Shown: piece after piece, positions 28,205 through 36,952 of the stretch
Layout of the letters: each line of letters starts with the position of its first letter
How positions within the stretch are numbered: position 1 is the first letter of the stretch
Assembly: GCA_001003605.1 (NCBI GenBank)
Contig: LCPL01000006.1
Span: 1-58,852, forward strand
Direction: 5' to 3'
DNA: 58,852 nt
DNA from: Parcubacteria group bacterium GW2011_GWC2_48_17
GTDB taxonomy: Bacteria > Patescibacteriota > Minisyncoccia > Phycocordibacterales > UBA10002
Program-made: the position numbers and the translations under genes
Notes under the pieces: generated by a model
What the model was told of the DNA's origin: nothing
The model's input: the letters and a program-made list of their open reading frames with translations, nothing else
Databases searched by the model: none

Positions 28205-30817
28205 TTAGTCGGTAACACCAAACTTCACCGAAGCCCGCCCCTTGTTTTGAAAAATATCGTACGCAACAACCGTAAGCTCGTTTTCCGGAATAAGCGCAGA
28301 CGCAATCTCCGCAGGCAAAAAAGAAAGCTGCCACGGTTCGCGTGAACTTGAACCGATAAAGAGGTTGTTTACAAAAAAGTGGACTCGCGACACGGGGAAA
28401 CGAGACGACACGGCAATTTGCACTATCTTTTTGTCGTTTTTCCCCAGAATAGAACCCGATACAGGGTTAGTTATAGAAATTTGAGGGGCGAATTCAGGTC
28501 GGTGCAGGTCGTCGGCTTCAACCGGAACAGAAGCTTCTGCTTCATCCTGAAACCCTTGTTCGCCTGCCCATTTGCGCACCGCGTATTCCCAACGTTCGAA
28601 CTGGGGGTCTTCTTGCGGAGGTGTAGTTCTAAAAGCGGTGGGATTAGCTTTATCTATCCAATAAAGGGTTGAATGGACCTCTCGAATCGCGCGCTCCTCG
28701 CGTAATTCTGGAGGAGTGAACTCCGTGGCTCGTTTCTCCGACAGCTTATCCACGAAATATGTTTTTCCTCCCCGCCAAATACCGCGGAGTATCGGCGGAA
28801 GCGAAGCGTTATTTTTTTCCGCGGGCTTTTGGAAAACCCCGGGCTTTATACGCTGGAGCGCTTTATTCATAAAGGCGTTCCACATTGGCGCGACAATATA
28901 AGCCGCCACCTTATGCATCGCCCTATTGTCATTGTTGCCCGCCCAAGCCCCAACCACAAGATTGGTAGTATAGCCCACTATCCACGCGTCGCGAAAATCA
29001 TTGGTAGTGCCGGTTTTTGCGGCCACATCGCGCCCCGGGAAGTAGAGTGGAGAGTTCTCTCCAAACGCGGGCGTCCTCGCTTTATTGTCAGAAAGGATAT
29101 CTGTGATTGTGAGAGCCGTTTCCTTTTGGAGCACTTGCTCTTCCTTGCCCCGCCATTCCTCAATCAAATTACCATTCTTATCCTCAATACGAAGAATGCC
29201 GCTTTGCTCACGGAAAACCCCCCCGGAGGCGAATACCCCGTAAGCTCCGATTAGCTCGAGCAGTTTTACCTCTCCGCCGCCAAGAACTAAAGTAAGGCCA
29301 TATCTGTCGGTATTTTCTAGCGTGGAGAGTCCCATGTTCTTGGCAAGGCGAAGAGAATCTTTGAGGCCAGCAAGATACAGGACTTGGATAGCAGGCACAT
29401 TCACCGATTGAGCAAGAGCGTCGCGGAAAGTTATAGGACCTCGGTATTTGCCGTCATAATTCTCCGGCTTGTAACATTTATCGGCATTTTCCGGCTTTTT
29501 AGGAGTGCCGTCAGGATTGCACTCAGTTGAAAATTCTATTGGCAGGTCAAAAACTATGGTGTCTGGGGTAAATCCCTTTTCAAACGCAGTCGCGTACACA
29601 AACGGCTTGAACGCCGACCCTGGCTGGCGATGCGCTATCGCGACGTTAAAGTTACCGTCAATCCCCTTGTCGAAATAGTCGCGGGAGCCAACCATAACCA
29701 GTATTTGACCGGTCGTAGGGTCAATTGCGGTAAGGGCGGCGTTTTCAGCGTCGAATTTTTCCTTGTTCTCCAGCGCGTATTTTTTTACTATTTCCTCCGC
29801 GATTTTTTGAAGCTCATAATCAAGCGTCGTAATCACCCTAAAACCGTTTTCTTCAAGCGCTTCGCGCCCGTATTTTTCTTCAAGATACTGTCGGATGAAT
29901 ACGACAAAATGAGGGGCAAGAATGCCAACTTCGTTGTTTGGCTTAAAGAAAGAGGCGCATGCCGGCTTTCCATCGTCCTTCGGCGTTTTTGCCGTTGGAG
30001 GCTTTAAGGCGGAATTTTCGGCGTCTACAGAGGCAGTGGCGCAGATAATTTCCTTTTTTGCCGTTTCGTATTCTTCTTTTGTAATGAAGGCAAGCTCTTC
30101 CATGCGGCGGAGGACCAGATTTTTGCGCTCCTCGAGTTCGTCCCTATGATTGCCGTACGGCGAGAAATAAGTAGGAGCGTTTGGGAGAGCCGCCATGTAA
30201 GCCGCCTCGACAATCGTAAGCTCGCTCGAGCTCTTTCCCAAAAAAGCCTGTGATGCTTCCTCAATACCGTAGAGCGTTCCGCCGTACGGAATCTCATTTA
30301 GATACAGCGACAAAATAGTTTCCTTATCAAAAACCTTTTCAAGGCGGAGAGCCAGCGCCCACTCTTTTAGCTTGCGAGAAACTTTCTTCTCGTTCGTGAG
30401 CAGTGAATTCTTTACAACCTGTTGCGTAATCGTGGAACCACCCTGTCCGCCCAAAAGATTCCCCTCGAACAGATTAGTGAGTACGGCGCGGAGAATCGCC
30501 TTCACTCTGATGCCGTTGTGTTGCCAAAATTCGCTGTCCTCAATCGCCACAGTCGCGTTTTTGACGTTGCTGGATATTTCGCCATACGGAACTATGGTGC
30601 GTTGCGCACTACGGTGCAGGTCGTAGAGAACCACTTCACCGGTGCGGTCGTAAATCTTTGTTGATTCGCTCACCTTTCGAGTTTCAAATTCAGATAAACT
30701 TGGAAGCTCCCACGATGATACCCATAGAACAAAAAATCCCGCTCCAAGAAGCCCGAGGGAGAGCGTGAGCAGAAAAACGATACGAATAATGTGGTGATGT
30801 TTTTTCTGGTGTGGCAT
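28205..30817 (-). CDS. Class A penicillin-binding protein (PBP1A family)
   Basis: AIEDSEF, GGSTITQQ, RKLKE, QPGSAFKP, SVN, KTGT. Confidence 0.95.
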   Translation of the reverse strand: MPHQKKHHHIIRIVFLLTLSLGLLGAGFFVLWVSSWELPSLSEFETRKVSESTKIYDRTGEVVLYDLHRSAQRTIVPYGEISSNVKNATVAIEDSEFWQHNGIRVKAILRAVLTNLFEGNLLGGQGGSTITQQVVKNSLLTNEKKVSRKLKEWALALRLEKVFDKETILSLYLNEIPYGGTLYGIEEASQAFLGKSSSELTIVEAAYMAALPNAPTYFSPYGNHRDELEERKNLVLRRMEELAFITKEEYETAKKEIICATASVDAENSALKPPTAKTPKDDGKPACASFFKPNNEVGILAPHFVVFIRQYLEEKYGREALEENGFRVITTLDYELQKIAEEIVKKYALENKEKFDAENAALTAIDPTTGQILVMVGSRDYFDKGIDGNFNVAIAHRQPGSAFKPFVYATAFEKGFTPDTIVFDLPIEFSTECNPDGTPKKPENADKCYKPENYDGKYRGPITFRDALAQSVNVPAIQVLYLAGLKDSLRLAKNMGLSTLENTDRYGLTLVLGGGEVKLLELIGAYGVFASGGVFREQSGILRIEDKNGNLIEEWRGKEEQVLQKETALTITDILSDNKARTPAFGENSPLYFPGRDVAAKTGTTNDFRDAWIVGYTTNLVVGAWAGNNDNRAMHKVAAYIVAPMWNAFMNKALQRIKPGVFQKPAEKNNASLPPILRGIWRGGKTYFVDKLSEKRATEFTPPELREERAIREVHSTLYWIDKANPTAFRTTPPQEDPQFERWEYAVRKWAGEQGFQDEAEASVPVEADDLHRPEFAPQISITNPVSGSILGKNDKKIVQIAVSSRFPVSRVHFFVNNLFIGSSSREPWQLSFLPAEIASALIPENELTVVAYDIFQNKGRASVKFGVTD

Positions 30818-30843
30818 GGGAAGATAGTAGCATAACTAAACTG

Positions 30844-30927
30844 GAATTATGAAGTATGAATCTTGAATTATGGAAAGGCCAATTTTGGTTTCCCAACCCT
30901 AATTCATAATTCCCAATTCATTATTCA
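30844..30927. repeat. Empty hairpin, TATGAAT family
   Basis: gaattatgaagtatgaatcttgaattatgg ... aattcataattcccaattcattattca; near-copy at 40434-40523. Confidence 0.85.
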
Positions 30928-30951
30928 CCCGAGGTATGCTACCGTATACCC

Positions 30952-32175
30952 ATGTCCTTTTTTAGGAAAACTCAAAAAGTGCTTGTTGATGACGCAAAAA
31001 TACGCGAACTTCTTATACGCGGAGTGGGGCGTATATATCCGTCTAAAGAGGCACTTGAGGCAAAACTCAAAGCAGGGGAACGGCTCTCGATATACTACGG
31101 CATCGACCCGACGGGAGACACGCTCCATCTCGGACATGCGCTCAATCTTCTCAAGCTACGAATGTTTCAGGACCTCGGTCACGAAGTTATCATTTTGTAT
31201 GGCGGCTTTACTGCGCAAATCGGAGACCCGACAGACAAATTGGCCGCGCGACAGCCGCTCACCCCAGAACGAATTAAAAAAAACGCCGTCAATTATAAAA
31301 AACTGGTCGGTAAGATTTTGGATTTAAAAAAGGACAACATTCGTTTTTTGGATAACCAAGTATGGAGCAACAAACTTAAACCTGTCGACATGCTCAACAT
31401 AGCCTCGTACTTCACCACCTCGCAACTCCTTGAGCGCGATATGTTTCAGGAGCGGCTTAAGCGCGGCAAAGAAGTGCACGCGAATGAACTTCTCTACCCC
31501 GTGTTTCAAGCCTATGACGCAGTAACTATGGGTGTTGATATCCAAATCGGGGGCAATGATCAAACATTCAATATGCTAGCGGGACGGACGCTTATGCGTA
31601 AAATGAAGAACAAAGAAAAGTTTGTCATTGCGATGAGGCTTCTCGTAGATCCGTCAGGGAAGAAGATGGGGAAGACCGAAGACAACATGGTAACACTTGA
31701 AGACACTCCGGCGGATATCTACGGCAAAGTTATGAGTTGGTCTGATGCCATGATACTCCCGGGTTTTGAGCTGTGCACCGCTATTTCCCTGACGGAGATT
31801 ACTTTGGTAAAGCAAAGACTTGAGGATGGAGAGAATCCCAAAGAGCTCAAGATGCGTTTAGCGCGTGAAATTGTCGCACTCTGTCATGGAGGGGAGAAAT
31901 CAAAAGAGGCCGAAGAAAGTTTTGTGAAGACTTTTCAGGAAAAAAAACCGCAAGAGTTTGTGGACATACATTTGGCGGGGCAGACTATTTCAGACGTACT
32001 TGTAGCAAAAGAGGTGGTGAGCTCCAAGGGAGAACTTCGCCGGCTCATAGGCGAAGGAGCAATCACAAATCTTGATACCAATCAAAAAGTAGTGGAAACA
32101 TTCTTGACCAATCCACAAGCGGGCAAGTACCGCATCGGCAAGCACCGGTTTATAGAAATAAAACACTGTGAATAA
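30952..32175 (+). CDS. tyrS: Tyrosine--tRNA ligase
   Basis: GIDPTGDTLHLGH, QAYD, GGNDQ, KMGKT; stop codon supplied by the IS end. Confidence 0.97.
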   Translation: MSFFRKTQKVLVDDAKIRELLIRGVGRIYPSKEALEAKLKAGERLSIYYGIDPTGDTLHLGHALNLLKLRMFQDLGHEVIILYGGFTAQIGDPTDKLAARQPLTPERIKKNAVNYKKLVGKILDLKKDNIRFLDNQVWSNKLKPVDMLNIASYFTTSQLLERDMFQERLKRGKEVHANELLYPVFQAYDAVTMGVDIQIGGNDQTFNMLAGRTLMRKMKNKEKFVIAMRLLVDPSGKKMGKTEDNMVTLEDTPADIYGKVMSWSDAMILPGFELCTAISLTEITLVKQRLEDGENPKELKMRLAREIVALCHGGEKSKEAEESFVKTFQEKKPQEFVDIHLAGQTISDVLVAKEVVSSKGELRRLIGEGAITNLDTNQKVVETFLTNPQAGKYRIGKHRFIEIKHCE

Positions 32176-33174
32176 CGAAATGCACCAGACCACGATTAGG
32201 TGATACACTACAAGCGGCTCCCTAACGGGAGCCGCTTGTATGTTACTCACTGGAATAACAATCTATCACAACCTCAACACTATCGTAACACAGTTCTTCA
32301 GCGCACTCCAATTCAAGGAACGCGAACACTCCAAAGGTCGGAAACCAATCCTCACTAACTCCGAAGCCGTCACCTGCGCCGTCTTCAAGCAGAGACAGAA
32401 CATTGCCACAATAAAATCCCTCTATGACATCTTGGAACCCCCGCTCTCGTATCAGAAGTTCGTGGATGCCGTGAACCGCGCGGAGAAATATCTAGCCGCC
32501 CTGATTGGGGCAATCATGCGGATACTTGGAAAGGAGGCGCATGTCATCAAGTTCACCGACTCGACCGAGCTTCCCGTCTGTCTCCCGAAAAACGCGAGGT
32601 ATCATCGCACTATGCGAGGGTGTGCTGAATGGTCGAAAAGCTCCAAAGGCTGGTTCTATGGCCTCAAGCTTCACCTTTCTGCTGATGCGGAGGGGCGGGT
32701 GCTGGCGCTTCGCCTCACCCCAGGTAACGCTGACGACCGCGCCATATTCCGCAGGATGAATGAGAAACTGCGTGGCCTCTTTGTCGCCGATGCGGGGTAT
32801 GTCTCAAAGGAGCTTGCGCAGGACTTCTGCATCGAAGGTGAGCGCCTCCTCATTACCGCCGTTCGTGCGAACATGAAAAAGCTCGCCACCTTTGTGCAGG
32901 TTGCGCTCCTCAATCTGCGTATGCGGGTGGAGATACACTTCCGCATGCTCAAAGTCTGTTATGGCCTCGTCACGTCGTTTCCTCGTTCCGTTGACGGTTA
33001 CCTCACGCATTACCTTGCCGCGATTGCGGCGCATCTGCTCGCGTAATCAATTATCAAAAAGGTTTCTTCGTTGTTTCGTTCTTGAATCGTTAGTGTTGAG
33101 TGTTGTTTTCACAAAAGCCACAGACATCTGTGATTGTTCGTTTTACCTTTCAAATTGCATTTCGTTATTCAAAG
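32166..33174 (+). mobile_element. IS982-family insertion sequence, 1009 bp
   Basis: 19-bp TIRs ct(g/t)tgaataacgaaatgca (1 mismatch); 7-bp TSD TAAAACA at 32159-32165 and 33175-33181. Confidence 0.9.
32240..33046 (+). CDS. IS982-type DDE transposase
   Basis: DSTELPVC, GWFYGLKLHL, ADAGY, RMRVEIHF. Confidence 0.88.
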   Translation: MLLTGITIYHNLNTIVTQFFSALQFKEREHSKGRKPILTNSEAVTCAVFKQRQNIATIKSLYDILEPPLSYQKFVDAVNRAEKYLAALIGAIMRILGKEAHVIKFTDSTELPVCLPKNARYHRTMRGCAEWSKSSKGWFYGLKLHLSADAEGRVLALRLTPGNADDRAIFRRMNEKLRGLFVADAGYVSKELAQDFCIEGERLLITAVRANMKKLATFVQVALLNLRMRVEIHFRMLKVCYGLVTSFPRSVDGYLTHYLAAIAAHLLA

Positions 33175-33213
33175 TAAAACAGAATCCTTAATCTTTCATC
33201 CTTAATCTTTAAC

Positions 33214-33239
33214 AAAAACCGCCCCAAGGGGCGGTTTTT
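33214..33239. terminator. Bidirectional intrinsic terminator
   Basis: aaaaaccgcccc-aa-ggggcggttttt. Confidence 0.8.
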
Positions 33240-33241
33240 GT

Positions 33242-33358
33242 TTAGAGTGGGTCTATGTCATCGAATGTGTCCTCAAGCACATCTGGGTCAAGCTCTTTTT
33301 CTTCTTCGCCCTCCACGCCATCGGCAGCCGGCCCAGGAATTACTACGTCTTCATCCAT
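33242..33358 (-). CDS. 38-aa acidic microprotein (not in ORF track)
   Basis: MDEDVVIPGPAADGVEGEEEKELDPDVLEDTFDDIDPL*; ends at the terminator. Confidence 0.55.
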   Translation of the reverse strand: MDEDVVIPGPAADGVEGEEEKELDPDVLEDTFDDIDPL

Positions 33359-33454
33359 ATTTTTACTTAAAAATGCTAATACATAACGCTAGCGTCTCCG
33401 AATGTACCAATACTGTAAAACTTTTGCAAGCAACCAAAGCTGTGGATAGCCAAA

Positions 33455-33535
33455 TTAACCCACAACCGACTACCGGCAACCTACAACGGAGAAAAGACTT
33501 AATCGGTCTCGTGGTTGGTGGTAGGTTGTCGGTGA
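33455..33535. repeat. Heptamer hairpin (CAACCTA family) overlapping the ruvC 3' end
   Basis: taccggcaacctac vs gtaggttgtcggtg; RuvC tail HHRQPTTNH derives from it. Confidence 0.7.
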
Positions 33536-34005
33536 TGAACTGACGCAAGACACGTCAGCCCCACCGCTATCGCGTCATATTCGTCATCAAGACGCTTTGA
33601 TAGGGGAAGCGCGACGAGCTTTTTCACCATCTCGGCAACCTGTCGCTTGTCGCTTCGCCCGTAGCCAGTGACCGCAATCTTTATCTGGAGCGGCGTGTAT
33701 TCATAAACAGGTAGTTTTGCTCTGGCAATTTCAACCAAAATCGCGCCTCGAGCCTCGGCCACGGACATAACAGTTTTCTGGTTTGTTGTGAAGAACAATG
33801 TTTCAATCGCGGCCGCTTCCGGGTTGAATTCATCTATTACTTTTCGCAGTTCGCTGGCGATTTTCAAAAGACGCCGCGCGTGCGAAAGCCCCTTCATCGT
33901 TTGGACGCAGGCGGAGTAGAGAAGCATTTCCTTTTGTTTTGGCAGCTTCTCAAGAACGGCGATGCCGAGTCGTTCGTAGCCAGGATCTATCGCGAGGATG
34001 CGCAT
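33499..34005 (-). CDS. ruvC: Holliday junction resolvase
   Basis: ILAIDPG, IETLFF, VTGYGRSDK, DDEYDAIA. Confidence 0.96.
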   Translation of the reverse strand: MRILAIDPGYERLGIAVLEKLPKQKEMLLYSACVQTMKGLSHARRLLKIASELRKVIDEFNPEAAAIETLFFTTNQKTVMSVAEARGAILVEIARAKLPVYEYTPLQIKIAVTGYGRSDKRQVAEMVKKLVALPLSKRLDDEYDAIAVGLTCLASVHHRQPTTNHETD

Positions 34006-34495
34006 AACGTGTAACGTGAAGCGTATAACGGCAAAAGATTACTTCTGTTTTAACCCCGCTAAAATTCCCCAGAGCATTTTGCCGATTCGGTCACCAAGTA
34101 CGGAAAGTTCCTTATGCTCCGCTTCATTCAAATACTGCTGAGTACGCGAGAAGTAGATTAAGTAGTTACTTTCTTTAAGAGAGCCATATGAAATCTCAAT
34201 AAAGTTGCGAAGCACCTCCTTTCGCTGTCGGGCGTATCCTTCTATATAATTGAGAACCACCGACAAAGCCGCTCGTCGTAACTGTGAAGTTACACCGAAT
34301 ATCTCTTCTCTCGGGAATTTTTTGGTGCGTGTGTATACTTTCTGGACATATTCATCCAGTAATTCCTTGAGCTGTCCATGAAAATCCTTTTCTCCCATAT
34401 TTGTTTTGGGTTATCTTTTTATTCCGCTACATGTTATACGGTTTGCGTTACACCCCGTATTCTCCTGTTACGCGCTGCACGTTTTGCGTTATACC
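34003..34495 (-). mobile_element. Repeat-bracketed cassette 5 (same family as cassette 4)
   Basis: Minus strand tataacgcaaaacgtgcagcgcgtaac just after the yebC stop pairs with gttatacgcttcacgttacacgttATG (ruvC start). Confidence 0.78.
34039..34398 (-). CDS. Four helix bundle protein
   Basis: FPREEIFGVTSQLRRAALSVVLNYIEG. Confidence 0.9.
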   Translation of the reverse strand: MGEKDFHGQLKELLDEYVQKVYTRTKKFPREEIFGVTSQLRRAALSVVLNYIEGYARQRKEVLRNFIEISYGSLKESNYLIYFSRTQQYLNEAEHKELSVLGDRIGKMLWGILAGLKQK

Positions 34496-34497
34496 AC

Positions 34498-35064
34498 TTA
34501 CTCTGCATTTGTAAAAACTTCCTGCACATCTTCATTCGCTTCCAGCACTTCTACGAGTTTGTCTAACTTTTCAATGTCGGCATCTTCAATGGACACAGTT
34601 GTAGTCGCTCTCCATCTTTCATTATTCGTGGCATTCGCGTCTTTTATTTGTAGATTCGCATCGAGTCTCTCAAAAGCCCATGCCGCCGCGCCGGGAGAGG
34701 CAAGATTGCCCCCGTTCTCGGCAAGGAGATGCTTTATCTCCCCCGCGGAGCGATTCCGACTGTCGGTAAGCACCTCAATAAGCAAAGCAGTGCCTCCGGG
34801 ACCGTAACCTTCATACATAATCGCTTCCAGCGCGCCTCCTCCTTCCGTCGCTTTCTTAATCGCGCGCTCTATGTTGTCGTTTGGCATGTTCTCCTTCCGT
34901 GCCCGCTCAATCGCGGCACGAAGCGCCGGCGCGTCTTTATTTCCTTTGGCCACACGTGCTTCGTTCGTGATGAGTTTGGCATACTTTGAAAAAATCCCAC
35001 CTTTTACGGCATCAGTCCTTTCCTTCTGTCTTTTTATTTGGGTCCAACGATTATGCCCGGACAT
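34498..35064 (-). CDS. yebC: YebC/PmpR family protein (short form)
   Basis: MSGHNRW, YEGYGPGG, DVQEVFTN. Confidence 0.95.
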   Translation of the reverse strand: MSGHNRWTQIKRQKERTDAVKGGIFSKYAKLITNEARVAKGNKDAPALRAAIERARKENMPNDNIERAIKKATEGGGALEAIMYEGYGPGGTALLIEVLTDSRNRSAGEIKHLLAENGGNLASPGAAAWAFERLDANLQIKDANATNNERWRATTTVSIEDADIEKLDKLVEVLEANEDVQEVFTNAE

Positions 35065-35424
35065 AGCGAGAAGGCGTTTAGCGATTAGCGTATAGCGTTT
35101 AGTGAAAAATATAAGTGTAGCTTACAGCTTCTTGGAGCAAAGACAATTGGATTTTCAGGCATACATAAATAATGACTCAAAATAAGGGTATTTCGCGACT
35201 AGACAAAAGATAATTAAGATGTGCTTGACAGGATATATTGGGCATGCTATCATTTTGGCGTAAGCTTCAGCCTCCAGCAGTAACGGAATAGCACCTTCAA
35301 ATAAAATATAAAGACAATCTTTAGAGGAGAGAGTCTGCCACACTATACATAGAGCATTTTCGTCTATGTAGTAGCAAGTAGAAAGGCAACTCACGCACCT
35401 CTTTGGATTAAAGGGATTCGTAAG

Positions 35425-35997
35425 TTGCCTTTTTCGTTGGAAGAAGCCAGCCGCGCGCTTTACGCAGCGGGAGAACGCGAGCCGAATTTTATGGTTTGGT
35501 TCGGCATGCTCTTCGCGGGCGACCGCGGGAATTGCTGTGACGAGGCGGTGGTGGTTTTTGAAGACAACGCACTCGTCGCAATCGCAAGCATTGCTCCCGA
35601 GGGCGAAGCAGGCTCTGGCGAGCCGACGATTGTCGGCCTGTAACTGTCCACACCCTCTGTCATTCCCGCGCAGGCGGGAATCCAGTGTTACAGCCATTTC
35701 TTCTGGATTCCTGCTTTCGCAGGAATGACAACCATGGTCAGATTTCACAATGTGAATCAAGGGTTTTTCGTGAGGTGTGGAGAGTTACGTCGGCCTTTAC
35801 ACCTTGCCGCAGTTTCGTGGACAAGGTTTTGGCCGGGCGGCGATGGAAGCGGCTATCCGCCGAATGGTGGTACCAAAATCCGCGTGGACGCGCTGACGCC
35901 ATGAGCGCTCAAGATCATTGAGTCACTTCCGGATGAGATTCGCGCCGCTCTGGTCGTCCATGACCAGTCGGCGTTCGGCGGCTTTTTGCCGCAGTGA
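35425..35997 (+). pseudogene. GNAT acetyltransferase pseudogene disrupted by a MITE
   Basis: Removing 35640-35788 plus one TSD restores PTIVGLYTLPQFRGQGFGRAAM (motif A); further frameshift/stop downstream. Confidence 0.75.
35640..35788. mobile_element. 149-bp MITE carrying a GTCATTCC...GGAATGAC palindrome
   Basis: TIRs gtaactgtccacacc / ggtgtggagagttac; 8-bp TSD GTCGGCCT at 35632-35639 and 35789-35796. Confidence 0.85.
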
Positions 35998-36124
35998 TAC
36001 ATCCGCCGCAACGGATTCACTTTCAAACCGGATGAGCTTGTGCGGGAGCTCGTCCACCTTGTTGAGTCCATAATGTTAGAGATTACGGATTCATAGAGTT
36101 AACCTTCTGAAAACCTAGAAGTCT

Positions 36125-36316
36125 CCACAGGGCTACGGATCATTTGACGGAGTCCCAGTGCCAGAACTTTGTTCGGTACTGGATAGGCCGGGCAAGGAAG
36201 CAGTGTGAGTTAGATCGTTTCTGACCGCGCAAGCGAGAAGAAGCGCAAATCTCTCTCCTCTAAACACCGCTTTCTAGCCCGCATAATTTCAGTCAAGGCG
36301 GTCCGTAGCTTTGTGG
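36125..36316 (+). ncRNA. Putative 6S-like structured RNA (about 190 nt)
   Basis: Closing stem ccacagggctacgga/tccgtagctttgtgg, ttgac/gtcaa, central bubble, nested stems, GCAA tetraloop, T-run after. Confidence 0.5.
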
Positions 36317-36407
36317 CGGTTTTTTTAGGCCAAGATCTCTACACAAAAGATTTTCATCAAAAGCCCAGAGCAACTCTTGGCTTTTTCGTTTTTGTTTTTA
36401 AGAATTA

Positions 36408-36629
36408 TTACTTGAGCAGTTGCAGAAATCCTTCAGGCGGAAGTTTTGCGTCACGAATGATTTTTCGCAAAAGCCCGCGGCCAACAACAGGATAGTTTGG
36501 CACAGTGATTGGAGGTCGGTTTCCGTGATGTAATCGCATATGACTTCCTCGCTGATGCGAAAAAGTGTATCCTATTTTCTCAAAAGCACGCCTAATTTCT
36601 TTACCCGACAGAAGCGGTAATTGAGGCAT
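36408..36629 (-). CDS. hicA: HicA family toxin
   Basis: QRGSHMRL...ITVP...GLLRKIIRDA. Confidence 0.9.
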   Translation of the reverse strand: MPQLPLLSGKEIRRAFEKIGYTFSHQRGSHMRLHHGNRPPITVPNYPVVGRGLLRKIIRDAKLPPEGFLQLLK

Positions 36630-36631
36630 GT

Positions 36632-36886
36632 CTAAATTGATACCGTATGTAACCCTATTTCAACCGGACGATACCAACGTAGCGCCTGCTGGTTATTTTT
36701 TTCTTCAAGGCAGAGCTCAATTACTTCGCGAATGTTTTTTAATGCCTCATCAATAGTTTTTCCTTGCGTTACACAGCCACTGAACACCGGACATTCAACA
36801 ACATAAAAACCATCCTCATCTTTCTCAATGAGAACAGGGAGCTTTCTTTTTAAATCAAGGCTAATTTTCCCTTTTGTCCTTTTCAT
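36632..36886 (-). CDS. hicB: HicB family antitoxin
   Basis: YVVECPVFSGCVTQGKTIDEALKNIREVI. Confidence 0.9.
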   Translation of the reverse strand: MKRTKGKISLDLKRKLPVLIEKDEDGFYVVECPVFSGCVTQGKTIDEALKNIREVIELCLEEKNNQQALRWYRPVEIGLHTVSI

Positions 36887-36952
36887 AAAAATACAATATC
36901 ACAAAAAAGTCGATTACAAAAGTTTTTCTTGGGCAGTGGAGGACACCTTCTG

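Noticed and set aside
36185-36205. SRP RNA (AGGAAGCAG)
   Set aside because: The helix-8 CAGG-stem-GNRA arrangement is absent; these bases pair elsewhere in the rod.
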